This document shows positions 32,346-41,217 of a DNA stretch of 56,310 bases, one piece after another (positions within the stretch are counted from its first letter, which is position 1; each line of letters starts with the position of its first letter). The position numbers were made by a program, and so were the translations under genes. The notes under the pieces were generated by a model that was given only the letters and a program-made list of their open reading frames with translations, was not told the DNA's origin and did no database searches. Origin of the DNA: Caulobacteraceae bacterium (lineage in GTDB: Bacteria > Pseudomonadota > Alphaproteobacteria > Caulobacterales > Caulobacteraceae); assembly GCA_031291685.1 (NCBI GenBank), contig JARLIP010000101.1:1-56310 (forward strand), written 5' to 3'.

Positions 32346-33122
32346 CTAGTTGTTGTAGCGGTAGCCGTTGCGCGCCTCGGGCGGCACGGCGTCGTAGAGG
32401 GTGGGCGGCGCGATCCGCAGGCGGGCTCGGGCGACGTCAAGGGGCTCGGCCAAGAGCGTCTCGTAGTCGAGGGCCGGCAGCCATTCGGCCCGGCGTCCGT
32501 GGCGCCACGCCTGCAGGATGGCCCGGCCGTAGGGATGGCCCTTGCGCAGTTTTTCGAATTCGAGAACAGCCCCGGCGGCGATGAACGCAAAGCCCGGGCT
32601 GCCCGCCTGGGGATAGGAGAAGGCCACCACGCAGGCCTCGCCCAGGGCGTCCGTGCCGTAGCCGGTCAGGACGTGCCAGATGTCGTGAATGTCCCGCAGC
32701 CGGCGGGCGTACCAGGCCGTGGGATGGGCCAGGTCCATCTCCACGTCCCCGACCTTGCGGCTTTCCTCGGCCAGGCCATAGGCGGAAATGGCCCGGGCGG
32801 CGATGAAGGCGCGGTAGTGCGCGCCGACACTGCCCTCGGGCAAGGAGGCCAGCCATGTCTCATCCTGCAGCCGGTCGGCGAACTCCACCGCGAAATAGGC
32901 CTGCCGACCACCCTCGGGGACATTCAGCAGCCTGGCGTAGCCCTTGGGTATCGAGCGGCCAGCCAGGGCCGCCATGATCTCGAACACCTGCTTGGTGTCC
33001 TCCTTGTCCGCCACCAGGCGGCGGAACCCACGCAGGGCTCGCAGGGGCTCGATGGCGTATTTATGAGGCGCCGTCGCAGGTTCCGAATAGCGAACATGCT
33101 GGAATGTCTGGGCCACGGCCAC
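32346..33122 (-). CDS. Coq4-family protein
   Basis: LPEGSVG..Y, RDIHDIWHVLTGY.TDALGE (HDxxH..E motif); GTG start after AGGAG. Confidence 0.85.
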   Translation of the reverse strand: MAVAQTFQHVRYSEPATAPHKYAIEPLRALRGFRRLVADKEDTKQVFEIMAALAGRSIPKGYARLLNVPEGGRQAYFAVEFADRLQDETWLASLPEGSVGAHYRAFIAARAISAYGLAEESRKVGDVEMDLAHPTAWYARRLRDIHDIWHVLTGYGTDALGEACVVAFSYPQAGSPGFAFIAAGAVLEFEKLRKGHPYGRAILQAWRHGRRAEWLPALDYETLLAEPLDVARARLRIAPPTLYDAVPPEARNGYRYNN

Positions 33123-33212
33123 GTGATCTCCTAAACTGTCTGTCAATAAGACGGCGTTTTGAAACCTGGAATTGGTATCCAGATGCCCAATCCATCGCAG
33201 GTTCGGCGATAT

Positions 33213-33244
33213 CTACATAGGTGTCACTTACATAAATGTCAATA
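33213..33244. promoter_or_regulatory. Tandem TAC-N6-GTCA operator-like sites overlapping a minus-strand sigma70-like promoter (TTGACA-N17-TATGTA) and the tetR start
   Basis: TACATAGGTGTCA (33214-33226) and TACATAAATGTCA (33229-33241). Confidence 0.6.
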
Positions 33245-33850
33245 CTAGAAGCCAAGGCCCCCAGTTCCCCCAAGCGCCGCCGCCGCGCGCCTGAAGAGGC
33301 GCGGCGCGAGGCCCTGACCAGCGCCCGGCGCCTGCTGATCGAATCCGGGCCCAGCGCCATCACCCTCAAGGCCGTCGGCGACGACATCGGCGTCACCCAC
33401 GCCAACCTGATCCATCACTTCGGCTCGGCCGCCGAACTGCAGTCGGCCTTGATGGAATCCATGGTGCGGGATCTGATCGAGGCCCTGGCCGCGGCGGTGA
33501 CCCAACTGCGCTCGGACGCCGGCGCGCCCCGGGCCCTGGTCGATTCGGTGTTCAACGCCTTCGACAAGGGGGGCGCCGGGCGCCTGGCGGCCTGGATCGC
33601 CCTGTCTGGGGACATGAAACACTTTGAGCCGGTGCGCGCGGCCGTTCAGGATCTGGTGGACGCCATCACCGAGAAGTTCGCGGCGGAGGGCGAGCAGACC
33701 CGCTCGCGGGTGACCTCGGCTGTGCTGTTCATCGCCCTATGCGCCTTTGGCGACGCCGTGATCGGCCCTCCCTTGCGCGACATGCTCGGCCGAGGCGAGG
33801 ACAGCGCCCGCAAGATCGTCGCCCGCCTGCTGCCGACCTTTCTATACTAA
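33236..33850 (+). CDS. TetR/AcrR family regulator
   Basis: HTH ITLKAVGDDIGVTHANLIHHFGS. Confidence 0.92.
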   Translation: MSILEAKAPSSPKRRRRAPEEARREALTSARRLLIESGPSAITLKAVGDDIGVTHANLIHHFGSAAELQSALMESMVRDLIEALAAAVTQLRSDAGAPRALVDSVFNAFDKGGAGRLAAWIALSGDMKHFEPVRAAVQDLVDAITEKFAAEGEQTRSRVTSAVLFIALCAFGDAVIGPPLRDMLGRGEDSARKIVARLLPTFLY

Positions 33851-33957
33851 CTCAACCCTGCCCTCGCGCCCGACGCCCCTGGGCCAAGGTTTGCATCTGT
33901 GGCCGAACCGCGCCATGTTCCCATTAACAGGAATATAAATAGCGGGGCGAGGCCAAG

Positions 33958-34602
33958 GTGGATATCGAGGCGCATTCTGGTGGCGCCAAGCCCAGACGAC
34001 GGCGATCGCCCGACGAGGCGCGCGCCCAGGCCCTGGACTGCGCCAAGCGTCTGCTGATCCATCAGGGGCCGACGGGGGTGACCCTGCAGGCCGTGGCGCG
34101 GGAGATCGGCGTCACCCACGGCAACCTGATCCATCACTTCGGGTCCGCCGCCCAGCTGCAATCGGCCCTGATGGGCGCCATGGTCCGCGATCTGGCCAAG
34201 GCCCTGGAAGCCGCCGTGGTTCATGTGCGTTCCGACGAAAGTGTCCCAAGAACCTTGATCGATATCGTCTTCGACGCCTTCGACGAGGGCGGCGCCGGCC
34301 AACTCGCGGCCTGGATCGCCGTTTCCAACCGCTATGAGCATCTGGAGCCCGTACGCGAAGCCGTCGGCGAACTGGTCGCGGCCCTGGACGAGAAGATGCG
34401 TGATGTCCAGGATGACGGCGGCCCGCCCCCGCGAATTCCCTCGGCCCTGCTGTTCATCACCCTGTGCGCCTTTGGCGACGCCATGATCGGCGGCCCTTTG
34501 CGCGACATGCTGGGCCGGGACCGCGAGTCCGTTCGCCGGCTCGCCGCCCATCTCCTCCCGAACCTGCTTTTGCAAATCGACAACAACGTCAATAGCTATT
34601 GA
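33958..34602 (+). CDS. TetR/AcrR family regulator, paralogue of the preceding gene
   Basis: VTLQAVAREIGVTHGNLIHHFGS; shares LCAFGDA.IG.PLRDMLGR. Confidence 0.92.
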   Translation: MDIEAHSGGAKPRRRRSPDEARAQALDCAKRLLIHQGPTGVTLQAVAREIGVTHGNLIHHFGSAAQLQSALMGAMVRDLAKALEAAVVHVRSDESVPRTLIDIVFDAFDEGGAGQLAAWIAVSNRYEHLEPVREAVGELVAALDEKMRDVQDDGGPPPRIPSALLFITLCAFGDAMIGGPLRDMLGRDRESVRRLAAHLLPNLLLQIDNNVNSY

Positions 34603-34613
34603 CAGGACCGTGA
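34578..34613. promoter_or_regulatory. Two GAC-N6-GT(C/G)A sites joined by the perfect palindrome GTCAATAGCTATTGAC, upstream of the TBDR
   Basis: Palindrome at 34588-34603 spans the tetR2 stop and contains TTGACA. Confidence 0.5.
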
Positions 34614-34735
34614 ATACCAGCATGTTTGCGGCAACGGGATCGCCTTAGCCGCGAGCGGTCACCGAGGGATTCTAGCGGTGAGGAAATGCTTGGTGACGTG
34701 TTCGCAGTAGCGCGCGCCGGGACGTGGAGGGCGGT

Positions 34736-37696
34736 ATGTCTCAGCAATCGCGCATGCGCGAGATTTTGGTTATGGGCGCTTCGGTGGCGGCCCTTTTGGC
34801 CCCAGCCTGGGGCGTGAGCGCGGCTGAAGCCGCCGCCGAGGCGGCGCCCAGCGCCGGCGGGGTCGCGATCCCGGAAGTGGTCGTCACCGCCCAACACAAG
34901 AAGGAAGCCCTTCAGACCGTTCCCATCTCCATCTCCGCCTTCAGCCCGGAAAGCCTGAAGGCGCAGAAGATCGAGGGCGGTCCCGACCTGCTCAAGGCCA
35001 TCCCCAACACCACCTTCACCAAGACCAATTTCAGCCGCTACAACCTGACCATCCGGGGGATCGGCACCCAGGCGGTGTCCGTGGCCACCGATCCCGGCGT
35101 TTCGGTGAACTTCAACGGCACGGCCCTGATCCGCAACCGTCTGTTCGAACAGGAATTCTTCGACGTCGAGCGGGTGGAGGTGCTGCGCGGCCCCCAGGGC
35201 ACCCTCTATGGCCGCAACGCCACCGCCGGCGCCGTCAACGTCATCTCCGCCAAGCCCACCGACGTCTTCGAGGGCGAGATCAAGGGCGAGGTCGGCAACT
35301 ATTCCAGCCGCCGGTTCAGCGGTTTCATCAACATCCCCCTGGTGGACGACAAGCTGGACCTGCGCATCGCCGGCGCCTCCACCAACCGCGCGGGCTTCGC
35401 GGAAAACACCACCACCGGCAACAAGATCGATGGGCGGGACCTCTATTCCACCCGGGTCACCCTGGGCTTCAAGCCCAACGCCCGATTCAACGCCGACTTC
35501 GTCTGGGAGCACTTCAAGGAGGACGACAGCCGCGCACGCAGCACCAAACAGCTCTGCACCCGCGATCCCGGCCCCTCCTCCGTCGGTGACGTCACCAATC
35601 TGAGCGCCGTGGCCAGCGCCTATATGAGCCAGGGCTGCCAGGATAAGTCCCTGTATTCGTCTTCGGCCTATGGCACCCCCAACGGCCTGTCGATTCCGTT
35701 CGTTCTGGCGGGGGCGGGCTTGGCCACCATCGGCGTGGTTCCCGGCCAGGGCGGCGCGTTCGTCAATCTACTCCAACCCGTGGACCCCTATGGCGGCGCA
35801 CGCCAGTCCACCAACCTGCGCCAGATCGCCTCCCAGTTCGATCCCCGCTACCGCGCCAAGGCCGATGTGTTCGAACTGAACGCCAATTACGAGATCACGC
35901 CGAACCTGACCCTCACCTCCCAGACCGCCTATAACACGGACAACTATTTCGCTTCGGAAGACTACAACCGCTTTAATACTGTGTCTGGTGTTTTCAACTC
36001 GACAGACGGCCTGCTCTCCGCCAACCTTGATGGCTCCGCCGCCCCGCCCATCACCCCCCACGGCGTTTTCTGCGACCCGCAACTCGGCTGTTCCAGCAGT
36101 ATCGTTGGGCTTGATGAATCCAAGGCGAGCAGCCATCAGTTCTCTCAAGAGCTTCGCCTACAGTCTTCCTTCAGCGGGCCGTTTAATTTTAGCGTCGGCG
36201 CAAATTACACATACTACAAGACGCTGGAAGATTACTATGTGTTTTTTAACGTCGTATCCGCGCTGGCAGAAAGCGAATCCACTGGAAACTACAGCGCAGA
36301 TCTAAATTTTTGCAAACTCAATAGCAACACCGGCTGCGTATATATCGATCCAAACAAGGCAGGAAAGGTAAATAACCTCGGTCACAACTATTATCTAAAC
36401 CAGAATCCTTACAAAGTTAGCTCCGCAGCCGCCTTTGGAGAGATTTATTACAAGATCACACCTTCAATTAAGTTGACCGCTGGCCTGCGCTATACTGACG
36501 ACCAAAAGACCTTCACACCGATCCCGACCCAGCTTCTGCTATCCAGCAACCCCGTGCTCGGCGGCACCGTCGATAGTGGCTACCCCGCCCTGGCGGACGT
36601 CAAGCAGCACTGGGGCGCCTTCACTGGCCGCCTCGGCATCGACTGGTCGCCCAAGCTGTCCTTCACCGACCAGACCCTGATCTACGCCTTCTATAATCGC
36701 GGCTATAAGGGCGGCGGCGCCAATCCGCCCAGCCCGGGGGTTTCCACCGCACCCATTGGCGAGGGACTGCCGCCGGCCATCGTGCTGCAGTCCTTCTCGT
36801 CGACCTTCAAGCCTGAATATGTCAACGCCTTTGAGATCGGGACCAAGAACACCCTCCTGGGCGGCGCCCTGGTCCTCAATGCCGACGCCTTCTATTACGA
36901 CTATAGCGGTTATCAGGTCTCGGAGATTCGGAACGACACGGCCATCAACGAGAATTTCAACGCCAAGATCTGGGGGGCGGAGTTCCAGTCCGTGTGGCAG
37001 GCGACCCACCATCTGCGCTTCGACCTGAACCTGGGTTATCAGGGCAGCCGGCTTGCGAACGGGTCACAATCGATCGACGTGATGAACCGCACCCAGGGCA
37101 ACCCCGACTACACGATATTCAAGCCCTTCGTGAATTTACCCGACAACTGCGTGATTTCTAAGTCCTACGTCGCGAAGCTGGTCGGTTTCGAGCGCTCAAT
37201 CGGTTTGCCCGACGAGACGTTTTTCACCGGCGTCTGCCCCGGCTCTTTCAATAGCACATTCTTGCAGAGCCTTCCTATCGGCGCGCCGACCGCCGCGGAC
37301 CTGCCCAACGGCGGACAAGGCTTCTACGCCAACCTCTCGGGCCACAGCCTGCCAAACGCCCCGGAATGGACCCAATCCCTGGGCGCCCAATATGCGCAAG
37401 ACTTCGGCGATTCATGGAAGGCCGTCCTGCGCGCCGATGTCTATCACCAGTCCCAGTCCTGGGCCCGGGTCTATCAGGATCCCATCGACAAGCTGCACGG
37501 CTGGTACAACGTCAACCTGCGCCTGACCGTAGCCAAGCCCGATGCCGGACTTGAGTTCGAGGTCTATGTCAAGAACCTGCTGGACGCCTCGCCGATCACC
37601 GGCGCCTTCGTCAACAGCGACAACACCGCCCTTACCACCAACGTCTTCACCGCCGATCCGCGGTTCATCGGAGCCAGTATTCGTAAAAGGTTCTGA
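34736..37696 (+). CDS. TonB-dependent receptor
   Basis: Signal peptide, TonB box EVVVTAQ, plug motif VERVEVLRGPQGTLYGRNATAG, C-terminal Phe; several Cys pairs in loops; no N-terminal signalling extension. Confidence 0.95.
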   Translation: MSQQSRMREILVMGASVAALLAPAWGVSAAEAAAEAAPSAGGVAIPEVVVTAQHKKEALQTVPISISAFSPESLKAQKIEGGPDLLKAIPNTTFTKTNFSRYNLTIRGIGTQAVSVATDPGVSVNFNGTALIRNRLFEQEFFDVERVEVLRGPQGTLYGRNATAGAVNVISAKPTDVFEGEIKGEVGNYSSRRFSGFINIPLVDDKLDLRIAGASTNRAGFAENTTTGNKIDGRDLYSTRVTLGFKPNARFNADFVWEHFKEDDSRARSTKQLCTRDPGPSSVGDVTNLSAVASAYMSQGCQDKSLYSSSAYGTPNGLSIPFVLAGAGLATIGVVPGQGGAFVNLLQPVDPYGGARQSTNLRQIASQFDPRYRAKADVFELNANYEITPNLTLTSQTAYNTDNYFASEDYNRFNTVSGVFNSTDGLLSANLDGSAAPPITPHGVFCDPQLGCSSSIVGLDESKASSHQFSQELRLQSSFSGPFNFSVGANYTYYKTLEDYYVFFNVVSALAESESTGNYSADLNFCKLNSNTGCVYIDPNKAGKVNNLGHNYYLNQNPYKVSSAAAFGEIYYKITPSIKLTAGLRYTDDQKTFTPIPTQLLLSSNPVLGGTVDSGYPALADVKQHWGAFTGRLGIDWSPKLSFTDQTLIYAFYNRGYKGGGANPPSPGVSTAPIGEGLPPAIVLQSFSSTFKPEYVNAFEIGTKNTLLGGALVLNADAFYYDYSGYQVSEIRNDTAINENFNAKIWGAEFQSVWQATHHLRFDLNLGYQGSRLANGSQSIDVMNRTQGNPDYTIFKPFVNLPDNCVISKSYVAKLVGFERSIGLPDETFFTGVCPGSFNSTFLQSLPIGAPTAADLPNGGQGFYANLSGHSLPNAPEWTQSLGAQYAQDFGDSWKAVLRADVYHQSQSWARVYQDPIDKLHGWYNVNLRLTVAKPDAGLEFEVYVKNLLDASPITGAFVNSDNTALTTNVFTADPRFIGASIRKRF

Positions 37697-37729
37697 CGGA
37701 CGCGGCGGATCCAGCCGGGAGGCCATCCC

Positions 37730-38260
37730 ATGGCCAAGGCTTCAGCAACGCGGCGGTTGGGAGAGTCCCCCGACATCGCCGCCTGGATGACACTCTACGG
37801 CGCGCGGCTGCGGCGCTATTTCGCCCGTCGCGCCGCCCGGGAGGATGTCGATGACTTGGTGCAGGAGGTTTTTCTGAGCCTGCACCAGGCCCACGCCCCA
37901 CCACCGATCCTGGATGTGGAGCGTTATCTCTATACGGTGGCCCGGCACGCCCTGATCGATATGCGCCGCAACCGCGCCGTCCGCCGCTGGGCCCAACATG
38001 ACGCCCTGGACGACGTTCCAGAACCTAGCAGCGATCTTTCGCCGGAACGGATCCTGGTGGGCCGCCAGGACTATGCTAGGGCGATCAAGGCGGTGCGCGA
38101 CCTGCCCCCCAGGGCCCGCGCCGCCTTCCAGCTTCACCGTTTCGAGGAATTGACCTATGCCGCCATCGCCCAGCGAATGGGCATATCCCGGGAGTCCGTG
38201 AAGGAGTTGCTCCACCGCGCCGCCCTACGCGTCCACGCGGCCATGCGGCCAGATCCGTAA
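37730..38260 (+). CDS. ECF RNA polymerase sigma factor (FecI-like)
   Basis: Region 2 DVDDLVQEVF..YLYTVARH; region 4 LPPRARAAF.LHRFEELTY..IA.RMGIS. Confidence 0.9.
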   Translation: MAKASATRRLGESPDIAAWMTLYGARLRRYFARRAAREDVDDLVQEVFLSLHQAHAPPPILDVERYLYTVARHALIDMRRNRAVRRWAQHDALDDVPEPSSDLSPERILVGRQDYARAIKAVRDLPPRARAAFQLHRFEELTYAAIAQRMGISRESVKELLHRAALRVHAAMRPDP

Positions 38261-38480
38261 GGACGCAGCCCTTTCACAGCAAAGGGATCGAGCGCCACCC
38301 CAACGTTCACCGTAGATTCAATTCCATTATCAATATACCGACGCCGATCATCCGTCATCGGATAACATCGTCATGTCATTTGTGACGATAGGCTCGCATT
38401 TCGATCGATCCACGGCGCGGATTTAGCGCCCGCCATGCCAATATATACTATTCCGATACCTCATAAAAAATTCCCTGCAC

Positions 38481-38576
38481 CATCCCCCCATCCGTCATAA
38501 TTTTACGTCTTTGTAGTTGGGCGCGACTAACGCCCCGCAACCGGCGCGTTAGCCGTTTCATTGAAGAGGAAACGTC
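38481..38576 (+). promoter_or_regulatory. ECF-type promoter (CATCCCCCC-N16-CGTC) plus conserved 61-nt structured leader, copy A
   Basis: Near-identical copies with identical spacing at 39746-39841 and 41122-41217. Confidence 0.7.
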
Positions 38577-39074
38577 ATGAAAATTCTCGCCACGCTCGGA
38601 GCCACCGCGCTGCTGGCCCTGGGCCTGACCACCCAGGCCTCCGCCGTCTCGCTCAGCCCCACGAGCACCACCTTCTCCGCCACCGGTTCCACCAGCCTCA
38701 CCAAGCTGGGCATCACCATCGGTTGCACCGCCAGCTTCACCGGCAATATCGACGGGGCTGGGGTCGGTCACATCGCCACCGCCTCGTTCTCTCCCGGCAG
38801 CGCCCTGTGCAGCGGCATCGGCACCACAGGCCTACCCTGGACCGCCACGGCCCTTACCTCCACCGGCAGCGGCGCCGGCACCGGCTCCATCGCTGGGGTT
38901 GCGGTCACCACGGCCCTAGGCAATTGCGGACCCTCCACCCTGCCAGTCACGATGAACACCACGGGCGTGCTCAGCTTCTCCGGCGCGAGCCTTTCCGGCG
39001 GTTGCACCGTGACGGGCTCCATCCAAACCACTGCGAACACGGTTCCGCCGACCGTGGTTTCGATCGTTCCCTGA
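38577..39074 (+). CDS. Secreted Thr/Gly/Ser-rich 4-Cys protein, PraA/PraB-like (paralogue 1)
   Basis: Sec signal ending ASA; motifs GCTA, LC..I....LPW, LGNCGPST, GGCTV.G.IQ; RBS GAGGA. Confidence 0.85.
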   Translation: MKILATLGATALLALGLTTQASAVSLSPTSTTFSATGSTSLTKLGITIGCTASFTGNIDGAGVGHIATASFSPGSALCSGIGTTGLPWTATALTSTGSGAGTGSIAGVAVTTALGNCGPSTLPVTMNTTGVLSFSGASLSGGCTVTGSIQTTANTVPPTVVSIVP

Positions 39075-39168
39075 TACCATCGCGGCTCGGTGAATTCATC
39101 GCCCCGGGCCGATCTGGGCCGCTGCCCTGGGGCGGCCCACTTCCCGCATCGCGGGCCTTCCGAACTGC

Positions 39169-39195
39169 GCCCCGGCTTAGGCCGGGGCTTTTTTT
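39169..39195 (+). terminator. Rho-independent terminator
   Basis: GCCCCGGC-TTAG-GCCGGGGC followed by T7. Confidence 0.9.
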
Positions 39196-39317
39196 GATCA
39201 CATAGGGAACATTTATTTTCGTGAGGCGCCTCCCCACCTTCCCAATAAAACGTCTTATCGTTGTATAAACTTGGATAGAGACAATCCAGGTGTGCGTTCC
39301 AATGAAGAGGAAACCTC

Positions 39318-39618
39318 ATGAAAATTCTCTCCGCACTCAGCGCCACCGCGTTACTGGCCCTGGGCGTCTCGGCCCAGGCCTCCGCCGCCTCCCTCAGCCC
39401 GCTCAGCACCAGCTGAGCCGACACGGGCGGCGCCGGCCTATCCAAGAGTGGCCTCACCCGTCGCCTGCACCGCCAAACTCACCGGCGGCGTTGACGGATC
39501 GGGCGTCGGCCACATCACCACCAGCGGTGGCATCGGCTTTACCCCCACAGCTCTATCAGGCGGTTGTACCGTCGCGGTCTCCATCCCAACCGCCCCTCCG
39601 ATTTCCGTCGTCCCCTGA
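39318..39618 (+). pseudogene. Pseudogene of the same secreted family (paralogue 2)
   Basis: MKILSALSATALLALGVSAQASAASLSPLSTS, then TGA at 39414, a +1 frameshift near 39459 and an internal deletion; resumes ...LSGGCTVAVSIPTAPPISVVP*. Confidence 0.88.
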
Positions 39619-39745
39619 CGCCGTTCCGGTCTGGAGCGCCCATTGCTCCAGACCGGCCAAGGTTAAGGCGGCCCGACACCCGCGAACTGAGCGCCCGGCT
39701 TCGGCCAGGGCCATTTGCAAGCCCACGGCCGTCAAATTCCGAGGT

Positions 39746-39841
39746 CATCCCCCCACTCTTCAATATTTTACGTCCTTACAGTTGGGCGAAATCAATGCCC
39801 TGCAACCGGCGCGTTTGCCGGATCACTGAAGAGGAAACGTC
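39746..39841 (+). promoter_or_regulatory. ECF-type promoter plus structured leader, copy B
   Basis: CATCCCCCC at 39746, CGTC at 39771, leader 39781-39841. Confidence 0.7.
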
Positions 39842-40324
39842 ATGAAAACTCTCGCCACCCTCAGCGCTACCGCGCTGCTGGCCCTGGGCCTGGCCTCCCA
39901 GGCCTTCGCCGCCCCAACCCTAGGCCCCGTGAGCACCAGCTTCACCGGCATGGGCACCACCAGCATGACCAAGAGCGGCATCACTATCGGCTGTAACGCC
40001 AATTTCACCGGCAGCATCAACTCGACTGGAGCCGGTCAAATCTCCACCGCCGCCTTCACGGCCGGCAACTTCCTGTGCCCCCTGATCACCGCCACGAACC
40101 TGCCCTGGCCCGCAGCGGCTGTCACTGCCGGCGGCGGCGGAGCCGGCACGGCCAATATACTAACAGTCGCGGTGAGCACGCCCCTCGGCAACTGCGGGCC
40201 TTCCACCCTGCCGACCTCGATCAACACAACGGGCGTGATCTCCTTCTCCGGTGTGCCCCTGTCCGGCGGTTGCACCGTCTCGGGCTCCATCCAATCCACG
40301 CCCCACGTCTTCGTCGTGCCCTGA
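39842..40324 (+). CDS. Secreted PraA/PraB-like protein (paralogue 3)
   Basis: Sec signal ending AFA; four conserved Cys; LPW; GGCTVSGSIQ. Confidence 0.85.
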   Translation: MKTLATLSATALLALGLASQAFAAPTLGPVSTSFTGMGTTSMTKSGITIGCNANFTGSINSTGAGQISTAAFTAGNFLCPLITATNLPWPAAAVTAGGGGAGTANILTVAVSTPLGNCGPSTLPTSINTTGVISFSGVPLSGGCTVSGSIQSTPHVFVVP

Positions 40325-40396
40325 CGCTGTTCCGATCCGGAGCGTTCAGCGCTTTGGGTCGATCAACAACGCCACGACCCGAGCTTTCCAAACTAT

Positions 40397-40423
40397 GCCC
40401 CGGCTTCGGCCGGGGCTTTTTTT
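40397..40423 (+). terminator. Rho-independent terminator
   Basis: GCCCCGGC-TTCG-GCCGGGGC followed by T7. Confidence 0.9.
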
Positions 40424-40535
40424 GGGTCGTCATCCGGTCCTTTGACCATCCCGAAACATCTCGATAATTACACTTCAAAATTGCGTTAAACCTACAAATG
40501 CAATTTATTTACGCATTTATCGATCGGGAAATCTC

Positions 40536-41012
40536 ATGAAAGTTCTCGCCACGCTCTGCGCCGCCGGACTCCTGGCCCTGACCGCCCAGGCCGTCGCCGC
40601 GGCAACCCTTAGCCCGATAAACACATGCTTCACAGGCGCCGGCGACACCAGCTTCTCCAAGCGCGGCATTGCCATAGGCTGCCACGGGAGATTCACCGGC
40701 GACATCGACTCGACCGGGATCGGCCATATCGTGACCGTCTCCTTCACGCCCGGCAGCGCCCTGTGCGGCGTCATCAACACGAAGAACTTGCCCTGGAACA
40801 CCACGGCCTCCACCGCCATCAGCGGCGGGGGCGGAACGGCCAGCATCGCCGGGGTCGCGGTCAACACCGCCTTTGGGAACTGCGGTCCATCCACCGTGCC
40901 GATCAGCATCGACAAAGGCGGTCAGATCACCATCTCCAAGGCGACCCTACCGGGCGGTTGCACCGTCACCGCCACCATCCAAACCACGCCTCCGATCTCG
41001 GTCACGCCCTGA
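40536..41012 (+). CDS. Secreted PraA/PraB-like protein (paralogue 4)
   Basis: Same motifs plus an extra mature Cys (NTCF); different AT-rich upstream region. Confidence 0.85.
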   Translation: MKVLATLCAAGLLALTAQAVAAATLSPINTCFTGAGDTSFSKRGIAIGCHGRFTGDIDSTGIGHIVTVSFTPGSALCGVINTKNLPWNTTASTAISGGGGTASIAGVAVNTAFGNCGPSTVPISIDKGGQITISKATLPGGCTVTATIQTTPPISVTP

Positions 41013-41121
41013 CGCGGCGCCGGTCTGAAGGCCCCCATCGCTCCAGATCGGCCAAGACGCCCCGGAGCGCCCGGGTTTTGGTCAAGACCCTTGCAGGCCC
41101 AAGGCCATCAAGTTCCGGCCC

Positions 41122-41217
41122 CATCCCCCCGGCCTTCAATATTTTACGTCCTTATGGTTGGGCGCGATCAACGCTCCGCAACCGGCGCGTTTGCCGGTTC
41201 CTTGAAGAGGAAACGTC
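41122..41217 (+). promoter_or_regulatory. ECF-type promoter plus structured leader, copy C
   Basis: CATCCCCCC at 41122, CGTC at 41147, leader 41157-41217. Confidence 0.7.

Noticed and set aside
38516-38576. Array leader as a cobalamin or c-di-GMP riboswitch
   Set aside because: GCCCCGCAAC recalls the cobalamin core, but there is no GGGAA/B12 box or GEMM motif and the element is too short.
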